From an uncultured Solirubrobacterales bacterium (GTDB lineage: Bacteria > Actinomycetota > Thermoleophilia > Solirubrobacterales > Solirubrobacteraceae): a stretch of 64,000 bases of DNA. The notes under the pieces were generated by a model, which had not been told where the DNA came from, searched no databases, and worked only from the letters and a program-made list of their open reading frames with translations. Below are positions 1-11,986 of the stretch, piece after piece. The stretch is from the NCBI GenBank assembly GCA_963842205.1, contig CAWJFR010000005.1, positions 122,932-186,931 of the forward strand, given 5' to 3'. Within the stretch, counting starts at the first letter, position 1; each line of letters starts with the position of its first letter. A program made the translations under genes and the position numbers.

Positions 1-82
1 GTTACGCCCGCTACAACCCCCGCTTCGTGGCCGGCTTCGCGCGCCAGTACGCGCGATACGGGCGCACGCGACATAGGCGCGC

Positions 83-86
<4 letters not shown>
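1..86 (+). CDS. C-terminal fragment of a probable WecB/TagA/CpsF-family glycosyltransferase (partial)
   Basis: Frame from position 3 reads YARYNPRFVAGFARQY...*, resembling TagA/WecB C-termini; its TGA overlaps the next ATG (ATGA). Confidence 0.55.
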
Positions 87-2025
<1,939 letters not shown>

Positions 2026-2029
2026 TCCG

Positions 2030-3118
2030 ATGGGGGTGGCGCTGTTCGACACCTCCACGCCGCTGGTCGCGCTGCGCGGAGAGTTGCGGGCAGCGGTGGA
2101 GCGAGTGCTTGATTCCGAGCGCTACATCCTCGGGCCCGAGGTGGATGCATTCGAGCGGGAGTTCGCCGTCTACTGCGGTACCGCACACGCGGTGGGCGTG
2201 GCGAACGGCACCGACGCGATCACGATCGCGCTGCGCGCGATGGGGGTCGGGCCGGGCGATGAGGTCGTGGTGCCGTCCTTCACGTTCTACGCCTCCGCCG
2301 AGGCGATCCCCCCGACCGGGGCGACTCCCGTGTTCTGCGACATCGACCCCGACACGTATTGCGTGACTGCCGACACCGTGCGCACCGCGCTGACACCCCG
2401 CACGAAGGCGGTGATCGCCGTGCACCTGTTCGGTAACGTCGCGCCCATCGCGGAGATCGAAGCGCTGGGCGTGCCCGTGCTCGAGGACGCCGCTCAGGCC
2501 GCGGGCTCGCTTGCCCCAGGCGGCCGGCGCCCCGGCGCGTTGGGGGCGGCGGCCACGTTCTCGTTCTTCCCCTCCAAGAACCTGGGCGCTTTTGGCGACG
2601 GCGGCATGATCACAACCTCCGACGAGCTCCTCGCCGAGCGCGCCCGCACCCTGCGCTTCCACGGCTCCCACGACAAGATCACCTACGAGCAAGTGGGCTA
2701 CAACTCGCGCCTGGACGAGATCCAGGCCGCGATCCTGCGCGTGCAGCTACCCCATCTCGACGACTGGGCCGACGGTCGGCGCAAGGCGGGCCACGACTAC
2801 GAAGAGGCGGGTCTGGGCGAGCTGGTGCAACTGCCGCGGCCGACGAAGGGCGCCGAGCCCGCGTGGCATCTGTACGTCGTCGGCCACCCCGATGTGCAGC
2901 GCCTGGAAAGTGCGTTGAAGAACGCCGAGGTCAGTCACAAGGCCTACTACCGCACGCCCGTGCACCGCCAGGAGTCGATGCGGCGGTGGGGCGGGGATGT
3001 CGAGCTACCCGCGACCGAGGAGGCCGCACGCACGCACCTGGCGATCCCCATGAGCCCGGTGCTCTCGCGCGAGCAGGTGGGCGAGGTGATGGCGGCGGTA
3101 GCGGCGAGCGAGCGATGA
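2030..3118 (+). CDS. DegT/DnrJ/EryC1/StrS sugar aminotransferase
   Basis: ANGTDA, EDAAQA, SFFPSKNLGAFGDGG, GYNSRLDEIQAA. Confidence 0.93.
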   Translation: MGVALFDTSTPLVALRGELRAAVERVLDSERYILGPEVDAFEREFAVYCGTAHAVGVANGTDAITIALRAMGVGPGDEVVVPSFTFYASAEAIPPTGATPVFCDIDPDTYCVTADTVRTALTPRTKAVIAVHLFGNVAPIAEIEALGVPVLEDAAQAAGSLAPGGRRPGALGAAATFSFFPSKNLGAFGDGGMITTSDELLAERARTLRFHGSHDKITYEQVGYNSRLDEIQAAILRVQLPHLDDWADGRRKAGHDYEEAGLGELVQLPRPTKGAEPAWHLYVVGHPDVQRLESALKNAEVSHKAYYRTPVHRQESMRRWGGDVELPATEEAARTHLAIPMSPVLSREQVGEVMAAVAASER

Positions 3119-3166
3119 TCGTCATACGCAGCTTAGGCATCCCAAGTCGTCGATAGCCTTGCCCTT

Positions 3167-3183
3167 CCTAAGCAGATCTTAGG
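3167..3183. terminator. Short hairpin between convergent genes (CCTAAG-N5-CTTAGG)
   Basis: Inverted repeat in the AT-richer 3119-3202 intergenic region. Confidence 0.35.
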
Positions 3184-3202
3184 GTGGGGGTGGGATGGTG
3201 GG

Positions 3203-3916
3203 TTAACGCCAACGCTCAAGCAGATCCTCGTCCGGGACCTCGCGCACGACACGGGCTGGCACCCCCATCACCACCGCACGCGAGGGAACGTCGCGCGTCA
3301 CGATCGCTCCGGCGGCCACATACGCCTCCTCGCCGATCTCCACCCCGGGGGTCAGCACCACGCCACCGCCGACGCGACAGGCTCGCCTCAGGATCGCTCC
3401 CCGCAATGCCATCTCTGAGCCGTGGCGGGCCATCGTGTCGTCGTTGGTCGTAGTGGCACCCGGGCCTACGAACACGTCGTCCTCGACAGTTGTAAATGCG
3501 GTCAGGTAGACCCCGGTCTGCACACGGACCCGCGCGCCCACGTTCACGTCGTTGTCGACCACGCTCCCCCGCCCGATCACCGAGCCCGCGCCAACCCGCG
3601 AGCGCTCGCGCACATAAGACTGGTCACCGAGGATCACCGCTTCCTCAACACGCGCACCCGCGAAGACCACCACTCCGGAGCAGACCTTCACGTCCTTGCC
3701 CAACTCCAGCCGGCTGACCTCGCCCGCCGCGGAAGAGCCGGGGGCCAAGCGCGGGCGCTTGCCGAGTACGACGTGGTCCTCGATCACGCATCCATCGCCG
3801 ATCACCGTGCCGTCGTGCACCACCACGTGCGCGCCGAACGACACCCCAGCCCCGACTTGCACATCCTCCCCGAGCATCAACCCCCCCGCGCGCGCGTCCG
3901 GGCTCAGCGCACTCAT
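3203..3916 (-). CDS. Hexapeptide-repeat N-acetyltransferase (WbpD/WlbB-like)
   Basis: Left-handed beta-helix repeats, EDDVFVGP..TTND, GVPARVVR. Confidence 0.88.
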   Translation of the reverse strand: MSALSPDARAGGLMLGEDVQVGAGVSFGAHVVVHDGTVIGDGCVIEDHVVLGKRPRLAPGSSAAGEVSRLELGKDVKVCSGVVVFAGARVEEAVILGDQSYVRERSRVGAGSVIGRGSVVDNDVNVGARVRVQTGVYLTAFTTVEDDVFVGPGATTTNDDTMARHGSEMALRGAILRRACRVGGGVVLTPGVEIGEEAYVAAGAIVTRDVPSRAVVMGVPARVVREVPDEDLLERWR

Positions 3917-5163
3917 AGGCGCACAACGTTCTCGGCCTGTGTGCCGCGTGTGACGCCGCGTAGATCGACGAGCAGGCGGGCGTGCTGGGCGATCCTGTCG
4001 TGGTCGACGCTCGGGTGGGCAGTGACGATCAGCGTCAGATCGGCGTCTGCGAGCGCTTCCTCGAGTGGGAGGCTACTCAGGTCGAACTCGGAGAGCGAGG
4101 GCACGTGCGGGTCGTGGTAGCGGATGTCAGCTCCGAGCGCTCTAAGCAGCGTGAGGATCTTCAGCGCGGGTGACTCGCGGATGTCGCCGACACCGGGCTT
4201 GTAGCTGACGCCGAGCACCGCGATCCGTGCGCCCTTGACCGGCAGGCCGGCGTCGTTCAGCACACGCTCGACCTTCGCCACGCAGTGGTAGGGCATCTGT
4301 TGGTTGACCTTCCCCGCCAGCTCGATGAACTCGGTCGTCATGTCGAACTCCCGCGCACGCCAACTCAAATAAAACGGATCGACGGGTAGGCAGTGCCCTC
4401 CCATACCCGGACCCGGCTCGAAGCGCATGAACCCATAGGGCTTGCTCGCCGCGGCCTCGACAACCTCCCAGATGTCGATCCCCATCCGATCGGTCAGCAT
4501 CGCGAGCTCGTTCACGAGCGCGATGTTCACCGAGCGAAAGATGTTCTCGAGCAGCTTCGTCAACTCCGCCGCCTCAGGGCTCGAAACGCGCACCAGCTGC
4601 TCGCAGACCAGCCCGTAGATCGCCTCGGCGCGCTCCGCACACGCCTGCGTCAGTCCACCCACCACCTTCGGGGTGTTGCGCAACGTAAAGTCTGTGCGGC
4701 CCGGATCGACACGCTCCGGGCTGAACGCCAGATGAAAATCCCTACCCGCCTGTAGACCAGACTCCTCGAGCAACGGCGCGACGCGCTCCCTGGTCGTGCC
4801 CGGGTAGGTTGTGGACTCGAGCACCACCAGCTGCCCCGCCTGCAAAACCTCCGCCAAAGCGCGCGTCGAGTCCACGAGCGGACCGAGATCCGGCTCGCGG
4901 TTGCGCGTCAAGGGCGTGGGTACACACACCAGCACCGCATCCGCCTTCGCCAGCCGCGCATAACGCGTCGTGGCATGAATCCGCCCAGCCACCTCCCGCA
5001 GCTGCTCAGAAGAGACATCCTCGATATAGGACTCCCCGGCCTCGATCGCCTCTATCTTCCGCGAATCCAGGTCGACCGCGACCACCTCGCAGCCCTCCCC
5101 AGCAAACGCCACCGCAAGCGGCAAACCCACATAACCAAGCCCGATGACGCCAATTGTGGTCAC
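3913..5163 (-). CDS. Nucleotide-sugar dehydrogenase (UDP-GlcNAc 6-dehydrogenase/WbpA-like)
   Basis: GLGYVGLP, CVPTPL, ESTTYPGTT, SPERVDPG, GGHCLPVDP. Confidence 0.93.
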   Translation of the reverse strand: MTTIGVIGLGYVGLPLAVAFAGEGCEVVAVDLDSRKIEAIEAGESYIEDVSSEQLREVAGRIHATTRYARLAKADAVLVCVPTPLTRNREPDLGPLVDSTRALAEVLQAGQLVVLESTTYPGTTRERVAPLLEESGLQAGRDFHLAFSPERVDPGRTDFTLRNTPKVVGGLTQACAERAEAIYGLVCEQLVRVSSPEAAELTKLLENIFRSVNIALVNELAMLTDRMGIDIWEVVEAAASKPYGFMRFEPGPGMGGHCLPVDPFYLSWRAREFDMTTEFIELAGKVNQQMPYHCVAKVERVLNDAGLPVKGARIAVLGVSYKPGVGDIRESPALKILTLLRALGADIRYHDPHVPSLSEFDLSSLPLEEALADADLTLIVTAHPSVDHDRIAQHARLLVDLRGVTRGTQAENVVRL

Positions 5164-5182
5164 AAGACCGGGCAGTCTACGG

Positions 5183-6199
5183 CTAACCCGCCTGCGCTTC
5201 TAGCGAGCGCAGGTCGGCCCGCACCATCCGCTCGACCAGCTCTCCAAAGGAGAGGAGCGGCTCCCATCCCAGACTCTCACGTGCCTTGCTCGGATCGCCG
5301 ACGCTCGGTGTGCCCTCCGGGGGACGCACCAGCGCGGGATCGACGCGTAGGTAACGCTCTGCCTCCAGGTCGACGCACGCGAACGCCGCCTGTGCAAACG
5401 CCGTGACCGTCCGTCCCACGCCGCTCGCGAGGACGTAGTCGTCCGGATGCTCCTGCTGGAGCATCAGCCAGGCGCCGCGCACGATATCGCCGGCGAACGA
5501 CCAATCGCGCACGGCCGACACATCCCCGAGGGTCAGCTCATCTTGCAGGCCCAGCGAGATCGCCGCGGCGGCACGCGTGATCCGGCGCGTCACGAATCGC
5601 TCGGCGCGGCGCTCCGACTCGTGGTTGAACACAATGCCCGAGCTCGCGTGAAGACCATCATGGGCGCGCAGCACGCCCACCAGCTGGTGGGCCGCGAGCT
5701 TGGCGATCGCGTAAGGCGTGCTCGGGCGGCACGGCGTATCCTCGCGCTGGGGACTCTCGGTGCTCTCGCCGAAGATCGCCCCAGAGGCGGACAGGAACAC
5801 TCGCGTGTCAGGGGCGATTTCGCGCACCGCCTCCAGGATCGCCGCGGTCGAGCCGACGATCGCGCGCAGCGTCTCTTCCGGCCGTTCCCATGAGGTCGGC
5901 ACAAACGAGGGCGCGGCCAGGTGGTAGATCTCGCTTGGACAGACCTCCTCGATCGCGTCATGCAGGCTCGCAGGCTCCAGCAGATCGCCAGATACCAGCT
6001 CCAGCTGCTCGCGCAGATGCTCAGAACATCCCAGGGTCTGCTTCACCGGTCTCTGGGGGGCGGGCGCCGGCACCCCGCCGCGCACCAGGCCAGTGACGTG
6101 ATAGCCCTGCTCCAGCAGCAGCTCCGCCAGGAACGATCCATCCTGGCCGGTGACGCCCGTTACCAGGGCCCGTCGGCTCGTAGCTGCAGCTGGAGACAC
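5183..6199 (-). CDS. GDP-mannose 4,6-dehydratase-like paralog
   Basis: TGVTGQDGSFLAE, PYAIAK, FNHESERR, RDWS; the active-site segment reads SASGAIFG. Confidence 0.85.
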   Translation of the reverse strand: MSPAAATSRRALVTGVTGQDGSFLAELLLEQGYHVTGLVRGGVPAPAPQRPVKQTLGCSEHLREQLELVSGDLLEPASLHDAIEEVCPSEIYHLAAPSFVPTSWERPEETLRAIVGSTAAILEAVREIAPDTRVFLSASGAIFGESTESPQREDTPCRPSTPYAIAKLAAHQLVGVLRAHDGLHASSGIVFNHESERRAERFVTRRITRAAAAISLGLQDELTLGDVSAVRDWSFAGDIVRGAWLMLQQEHPDDYVLASGVGRTVTAFAQAAFACVDLEAERYLRVDPALVRPPEGTPSVGDPSKARESLGWEPLLSFGELVERMVRADLRSLEAQAG

Positions 6200-6215
6200 G
6201 GCCGCAGCTTAGGTC

Positions 6216-7331
6216 TTACGGCGCCGCGTCGTAGATCGAAGCCAGCGACGCCGCCACCTTCCCCGGCGCACACAGGGCGCGGACTCTTTCGAGTCCTTCC
6301 TCGCCAGCGGCCCGGTCGCCGGCCAGGCGGCCGATCGCCTGCGCAAGCGCGCCCGCATCGCCTGGCGGAACGAGATTCTGCTCGTCGAGCAGCTCTCCGA
6401 GCGCACCCACCCGGCTCGCGGCCACCGGCAGGCCCGCCGCCATCCCCTCGGCCGCCGCTAGCCCGAAGGTCTCGGCCGAGCGCGAGGGCACCAGGGCAAT
6501 CGACGCTCCGGCGCGCAACGCGGCCAGCTCAGCGTCGTCCACATGGCCGACGAAGCGCACCTCCGAGTCGCCGGCTCGTGCTTGTAGAGCGTCTCGCTCG
6601 GGTCCATCGCCGGCGATCACCAAGCCGATGCCAGCGGTCCGGCAAGCATCGATCGCGACGTCCACGCCCTTCTCGGCCGCCAAGCGTGAAACCACCAGCG
6701 CATAGTCACCCAGGGCCGCCCGCGACTCACTCGCCACCGCACGTACCGGCGGGGCCAGCACGTGCACGCGCTCCCAGGGCAGCGGCGCGCCGAGCTCGCG
6801 CAACCGCTCGCGTGCGAACACGCTCGGCACGATCACCGCGTCGGCCTGCGCGGTCAGACGGCGCTGCCACAACGCCAGCGACGCGCCATAGGCAGCCGCC
6901 TCTGGAAGGTTGGCGCGACAGTTCAGGCGCACGCCCGGCAGCGTGTCGCGTCCATGGCAGCGTGTGCAATCCGCCCCGCGGGTAAAGCACACGCCGATCG
7001 CGCACACCAGCCGGTACTGGTGCAGGTGCAGCACGACACGCGCTCCAGCTTCGCGCGCAGCCGCCAGCGCGCGCCAGCCGAGCGTCGGGTTGAGGTTGTG
7101 GGCGTGCACCACGCGCGCGCCGGTCAGCCGCACCGCCCGCCCGACATCCTCGGGTTTCAACCCTCCACGCAGTAGCCCTGCGGCCGCGCTGCCGCGGCGC
7201 AGTCCCGCCGAGTCCCGATCCAGCAGCTCCACCTGCTCCCCCAAGTGCTCGCGTACCAGCGCCAGCATGTCCTCGACCACGCGCTCCTCGCCGCCCGTCG
7301 TGCGGTAGCGGTTGTGTAAAAACAGGACCAT
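6216..7331 (-). CDS. Glycosyltransferase family 4
   Basis: HNRYRTTGGEE N-terminus, SRLAAEKG, ETFGLAAAEGMAAG; start re-called at ATG 7331. Confidence 0.9.
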   Translation of the reverse strand: MVLFLHNRYRTTGGEERVVEDMLALVREHLGEQVELLDRDSAGLRRGSAAAGLLRGGLKPEDVGRAVRLTGARVVHAHNLNPTLGWRALAAAREAGARVVLHLHQYRLVCAIGVCFTRGADCTRCHGRDTLPGVRLNCRANLPEAAAYGASLALWQRRLTAQADAVIVPSVFARERLRELGAPLPWERVHVLAPPVRAVASESRAALGDYALVVSRLAAEKGVDVAIDACRTAGIGLVIAGDGPERDALQARAGDSEVRFVGHVDDAELAALRAGASIALVPSRSAETFGLAAAEGMAAGLPVAASRVGALGELLDEQNLVPPGDAGALAQAIGRLAGDRAAGEEGLERVRALCAPGKVAASLASIYDAAP

Positions 7332-7360
7332 GTGAGCGTCAAACCTAGACTGTTCCGTCC

Positions 7361-9067
7361 ATGCCCCCCTCTGCATCGATCGTGATCCCCACCCGCGCGC
7401 GTCCCACTTATCTGGAGGTTGCGCTCGCCTCGATCGTTCCCCAGGCCGCCGCGGCCGGAGCTGAGGTGCTGGTGATCGACGACGCCGGGCCCTCCCCCGC
7501 GACCCGCACACTGGTGGAGCACCTCGGCGGCCGCTATGAGCCCCATCCCGGCCCGCTCGGGCTGAACGTCGCACGCAACACGGGGGTGGAGCGCTCGACC
7601 GGCGAGCTGGTCATGTTCGTGGACGACGATGTCCGGGTACAGCCAGGGTGGCTGCGAGCGCTGCTCGACGCGGCACGCGAGCACCCGGAGGTGGACGTCT
7701 TCACCGGCCCGATCGAGCCTCGTCTGGAAGGAGCTCGAGCGCGCACCTGCGGACGCGAGGGACCGCCCATCACATCGCTGGATCTGGGTGCACGGGACAC
7801 AGACACGCGTTACGCGTGGGGCGCCAACATGACGATCCGCCGCACCGCGCTTCGGCGAATTGGTCCGTTCGAGGTCGCGCTCGAGCACGCCGGCGACGAG
7901 CAGGAGTGGCAGGACCGGCTGCGCGCCGCAATTCCGGACGCCCGGGTCCTGTACGTCGCCGGCGCGACGCTCGAGCACCGCCGCGTCGGCCCGGACGCCC
8001 ACCTCAAATCGCTCGCGCGCGCGGCCTATGTACGCGGGCGCGCCAGCCGTCACTTCGACAGCTTCAGTGGCCGGGCGCCTTCCCGTAAACGCGAGCTGCT
8101 CACGCTCGCGCGCTGTCTCGGGCATGTACTCCTTCGCCGCTGCCCCGCAGGGCTGGTGATGGTCGCGCACAGCGCCGGACGCCTGCGGGAGTCCGCCCTC
8201 TCCTTCGCGGAGAGCACTCCGGCGAACGGAACACAGACCGCTCACGCGAACTCCGACGACGACTTCCTGTCCGGCGCGAGCGGGACGGTCGGAGGCGTCG
8301 ATGCACTCCGCCGCGGCGTGCGGGACGAGGCGGTAAACGTCTGGGAGCTGGCCAGCGGCCAGCGCCTGCGTCTGGGTCTGGCGGCGCGCCACAGTCCGCC
8401 CGCGCGGCGCGTGCTCGTACTGGGAGTCGAGCGTCCTGAGAATCGTGTGCTGGCACAGGAGATTCGCACCGAGCTGTTGCGCTCCCGCCACGAGGTCGAG
8501 CTGTGTATGAGCCCGCCCGGGAAACTTGGCAAGTTCGAGAACCTCAACCGGCTGCTCGCGGATGGGGTGGGTGGGTCTTCAATAAAAGACCGTGACTGGC
8601 TGCTGCTCATCGACGACGACGTGCTGCTGTCGCGCGGCTTCCTCGACCGCTTCCTGTTCCTCGCCGAGCGGTTCTGCTTCGACCTCGCCCAACCCGCCCA
8701 CCGTCTGAACTCCCACGCGGCCTGGCCGCTCACGCGCCGCCGAGCGCTCAGCGTCGTGCGCGAGACTCCGTTCGTCGAGATCGGCCCGGTGACGGCTTTC
8801 TCCCGCCGCACCTTTTCCACCCTGCTGCCCTTCCCCGAGCTGCGCATGGGCTGGGGGCTGGATGCCCACTGGGCTGCCCTCGCCCGCGAGCGGCACTGGC
8901 GCTGCGGCGTGCTCGACGCCGTCTCGATCCGCCATCGCGTGGCGCCCGCGGCCTCCGCCTACTCGCGCGAGGCGGCGATCGCCGAGGCGCGCGCCTTCCT
9001 CGCCGAGCGGCCGTATCTGAGCGCACGTGAGAGCCAGCGCACCCTGACCACCCATCGCAGCTGGTGA
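7361..9067 (+). CDS. Two-domain glycosyltransferase: GT2 plus C-terminal GT-A/DUF707-like domain
   Basis: SIVIPT..IDD..ARN.G..FVDDD in the N-domain; IDDDV, FVEIGPVTAF, GWGLD..W in the C-domain. Confidence 0.8.
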   Translation: MPPSASIVIPTRARPTYLEVALASIVPQAAAAGAEVLVIDDAGPSPATRTLVEHLGGRYEPHPGPLGLNVARNTGVERSTGELVMFVDDDVRVQPGWLRALLDAAREHPEVDVFTGPIEPRLEGARARTCGREGPPITSLDLGARDTDTRYAWGANMTIRRTALRRIGPFEVALEHAGDEQEWQDRLRAAIPDARVLYVAGATLEHRRVGPDAHLKSLARAAYVRGRASRHFDSFSGRAPSRKRELLTLARCLGHVLLRRCPAGLVMVAHSAGRLRESALSFAESTPANGTQTAHANSDDDFLSGASGTVGGVDALRRGVRDEAVNVWELASGQRLRLGLAARHSPPARRVLVLGVERPENRVLAQEIRTELLRSRHEVELCMSPPGKLGKFENLNRLLADGVGGSSIKDRDWLLLIDDDVLLSRGFLDRFLFLAERFCFDLAQPAHRLNSHAAWPLTRRRALSVVRETPFVEIGPVTAFSRRTFSTLLPFPELRMGWGLDAHWAALARERHWRCGVLDAVSIRHRVAPAASAYSREAAIAEARAFLAERPYLSARESQRTLTTHRSW

Positions 9068-10287
9068 AGGTCGTCGTCGTAGCCGAGTTCTACCCGCGCC
9101 GAGGCGACCCGGTGCTGGGCATCTGGGCTCACCGCCAGGCGCTTGCCGCTCGCGACGCCGGCGCGGAGGTGCGCGTCCTCGTCCTGCATCGCCTGATCCC
9201 CCCGCGCGCCTCGTTTACGAACGGACCGGCCGGTGCCGCAAACGCGCTGGCAAAGCTCGTGCGCGAGCCGCGCAAGCAGATCCGCGACGGCCTCGAGATC
9301 TCCTACATCCCCTACCTCTCGCCTCCGCGCTCGGGGTCCTATGCGAGCTGGGGAGCCTGGGCCGCGCCGACCCTCGGGCTTGCCCTGCGCCGGCTAGGCG
9401 GTTCGTTCCCGTTCGACCTCGTCCACGCCCACAATGCAGTGCCGGCCGGCGACGCTGTGCGCCGCGCGTATCTGGACGTGCCGCTGGTGGTCTCCGTGCA
9501 CGGCGGCGACGTGCTCCACACAGCCGCCGCTCCGCCAACCGGCACCACCGCGGGCGCCGCTGCCGTGGCACGCGGGCTCGGCGCGGCTCGCCTGGTGCTC
9601 GCCAATAGCCGGGGAATCGCCGAGCTGGCGCGCGCCCACGGCGCCGGCGAGACACGCGTGGTGCATCTGGGCGCCGATCTCCCCGCCACCACGCATCCGT
9701 CGCGGCGGGAGGGAATGGAGGGAGGGTTGGGAGGCCCGCCCCCCCCATACCTCGTGACAATCGCGCACCTGGTTGCACGTAAGCGCCACGCCGACGTCCT
9801 GCGCGCCCTCGCGGTACTCGGGCAGAGACATCCGACACTGCGCTACGCGATCATCGGCGAAGGCCCCGAGCGAGCCCAGCTCGAGGGGCTTGCCGCTCGT
9901 CTGGGAGTCGCCGAGCGGGTCAAGTTCCACGGGCAACTACCGCCCGCAGAGGCGCTCGAGCAGGCACGGCGATGCACGCTGTTCGTGATGCCCTCGACTG
10001 AGGAGGCGTTCGGGGTGGCCTACGTCGAGGCGATGGCCGCTGGCCTGCCCGCGATCGGATGCCGCGGCGAGCCCGGGCCCGAGGAGATCGCCGCTGCCGG
10101 CGACGGATTCATGCTCGTGCCTCCCGGCGACATTGAGCGGCTCAGCCAGCGCATCGACGAGCTCCTGTCCGACCCTCACCGGCTGCGCGAGGCCTCCCAG
10201 CGCGCGCGCGCGACGGTCGCCGCCCATTTCACCTGGGAGCGCTGCGGTGAGCAGACGCTCGCCGCCTACGAGTACACGCTGCGGTGA
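9064..10287 (+). CDS. Glycosyltransferase family 4
   Basis: VHGGD, RKRH, EAFGVAYVEAMAAG. Confidence 0.9.
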   Translation: MKVVVVAEFYPRRGDPVLGIWAHRQALAARDAGAEVRVLVLHRLIPPRASFTNGPAGAANALAKLVREPRKQIRDGLEISYIPYLSPPRSGSYASWGAWAAPTLGLALRRLGGSFPFDLVHAHNAVPAGDAVRRAYLDVPLVVSVHGGDVLHTAAAPPTGTTAGAAAVARGLGAARLVLANSRGIAELARAHGAGETRVVHLGADLPATTHPSRREGMEGGLGGPPPPYLVTIAHLVARKRHADVLRALAVLGQRHPTLRYAIIGEGPERAQLEGLAARLGVAERVKFHGQLPPAEALEQARRCTLFVMPSTEEAFGVAYVEAMAAGLPAIGCRGEPGPEEIAAAGDGFMLVPPGDIERLSQRIDELLSDPHRLREASQRARATVAAHFTWERCGEQTLAAYEYTLR

Positions 10288-11420
10288 AGCCCATCCTGTT
10301 CGTCACCGGGCACGCACCACCCGATCGCGTCGGCGCGTTCGCACGCCTGCATGAGCTGGAGAACGTCGAGTTCGCGCTGTTCGGGGGACCGTCCAAGCAC
10401 GGAGGGCCTGCGCTCGCCGACGGGGAGACGCTCGACCGTGATCTGCCCTTCCCGCACCGCCACATCCGCCAACACGAGCCAGCGGCGCTGGCCGCGAGCG
10501 GGAGCTATCGCGCCGTCGTCTGCTCCACCGGCGGGCGCATCGCTCTGGGTGCGACTTGGGCGGGCGCGCGTCGCGCCAGGCTGCCACTGATCCTGTGGAC
10601 CTCGCTGTGGGCCCACCCACGCAGCGCGGCCCACGCACTCAGCTTCCTCGCATTGCGACGGCTGTACCGCTCGGCGGATGCTGTTGTCACCTACGGATCG
10701 CACGTCAGCGCCTACGTCAGCGCGCGCGGTGCGCGCAATGTGCACGTCGCCCCGCAAGCCGTGGACAACGGTTTCTGGAGCGCCGCTGAGATCACGCCCC
10801 CGCGCTGGCCGCTCGGAGGTCTCTCAGCCTGGCCTGAGCAAGCTGAGATGAAGTTCCTGTTTGTAGGTCGCCCCGACCGGGAAAAGGGGCTAAGGGTGCT
10901 TATAGAGGCCTGGGACGCAACGGGTCTTCAGGCACCGACCGTCGCGCTCGTCCTCGCCGGCGTGGGATCCACTCCCCCTTTGGTCCCCGCCGGCGGCGCG
11001 GCGGGTAAAGGATCGGACGGCACGCTCTACATGGATCGCGTCTCGCCGGTCGAACTGCGCAACCTCTACGCCGCCTGCGACGTTCTGGTAGTGCCATCTA
11101 TCCCGACACGCACGTTTCGCGAGCCTTGGGGCCTCGTAGCCAATGAGGCAATGAACCGCGGCCTGCCGGTGATCGCTACCGACGCCGTCGGGGCCGCTGC
11201 CGGAGGACTGGTGCGCGATGGGCGCAACGGCCTGGTGGTGCCTGCCGGCGACAGCAACGCGCTGGCCCAGGCGATCAGACGGCTAGCCGCCGATCCCGCG
11301 TTGCGGGCACGCCTGGGCGAGGCCGGCGCGCAGGATGTACGCGCCTTCACCTACGACGCCTGGGCCCAGGGCTTCTCCCGTGCGCTCGCCACCCTCGGCG
11401 TCGCCCGGAAGCGTTGGTAG
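10284..11420 (+). CDS. Glycosyltransferase family 4
   Basis: FVGR..EKG, EPWGLVANEAM. Confidence 0.9.
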   Translation: MKPILFVTGHAPPDRVGAFARLHELENVEFALFGGPSKHGGPALADGETLDRDLPFPHRHIRQHEPAALAASGSYRAVVCSTGGRIALGATWAGARRARLPLILWTSLWAHPRSAAHALSFLALRRLYRSADAVVTYGSHVSAYVSARGARNVHVAPQAVDNGFWSAAEITPPRWPLGGLSAWPEQAEMKFLFVGRPDREKGLRVLIEAWDATGLQAPTVALVLAGVGSTPPLVPAGGAAGKGSDGTLYMDRVSPVELRNLYAACDVLVVPSIPTRTFREPWGLVANEAMNRGLPVIATDAVGAAAGGLVRDGRNGLVVPAGDSNALAQAIRRLAADPALRARLGEAGAQDVRAFTYDAWAQGFSRALATLGVARKRW

Positions 11421-11437
11421 CGTTATTTGGCTCAGTC

Positions 11438-11986
11438 ATGAGAATCGTCACTCCCAGGCGAGCGCTCGCCCTACCGGTCGCGCTGCTGAGCATGCTTCTG
11501 TTCTCCCCGGCGCCCGCCCAAGCCGACATCGGCGAAAAGATCATCCTTCGGTGCACCCACGGCGAATCGCTGGCCGGCTTTACCCAGAAGGATTACAACA
11601 AGGCCCTGAAAGAGCTTGAAACGAGCCTCGAAGAGTACAGCGGATGCTCCAGCCTGATCCACCAAGCCCAGCTTGCCGCCGCCGGCACCCGCGGCGGGTC
11701 CGGCGGCGGAGGCCGAGGGTCGAGCACTCCGAGCGCCGCGAGCCCCACCACACCGGCCACTCCGGCTGAGCGTAGAGAGCTGAACCGTGCGCCGCGCGCC
11801 GGCTCGGCTCCATTGCGAGTGGGCAATCAGACCATCCGCCCCGGCGTCGTAAACGTCGACATCGCCTCGGCCCTCAGCTCGCTGCCCAACCCCCTGCTGG
11901 CGATCCTGGCGTTCCTGCTCGCGTGCGCACTGGCGGTCGCGGGCCGAGCGCTCCAAAACCGTGTCCGCAACCGTTACCACAGCTAA
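11438..11986 (+). CDS. Small secreted protein with C-terminal membrane anchor and G/S/T/P-rich linker
   Basis: Signal peptide ending PAQA, two Cys, low-complexity linker, hydrophobic C-terminal helix with basic tail. Confidence 0.7.
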   Translation: MRIVTPRRALALPVALLSMLLFSPAPAQADIGEKIILRCTHGESLAGFTQKDYNKALKELETSLEEYSGCSSLIHQAQLAAAGTRGGSGGGGRGSSTPSAASPTTPATPAERRELNRAPRAGSAPLRVGNQTIRPGVVNVDIASALSSLPNPLLAILAFLLACALAVAGRALQNRVRNRYHS

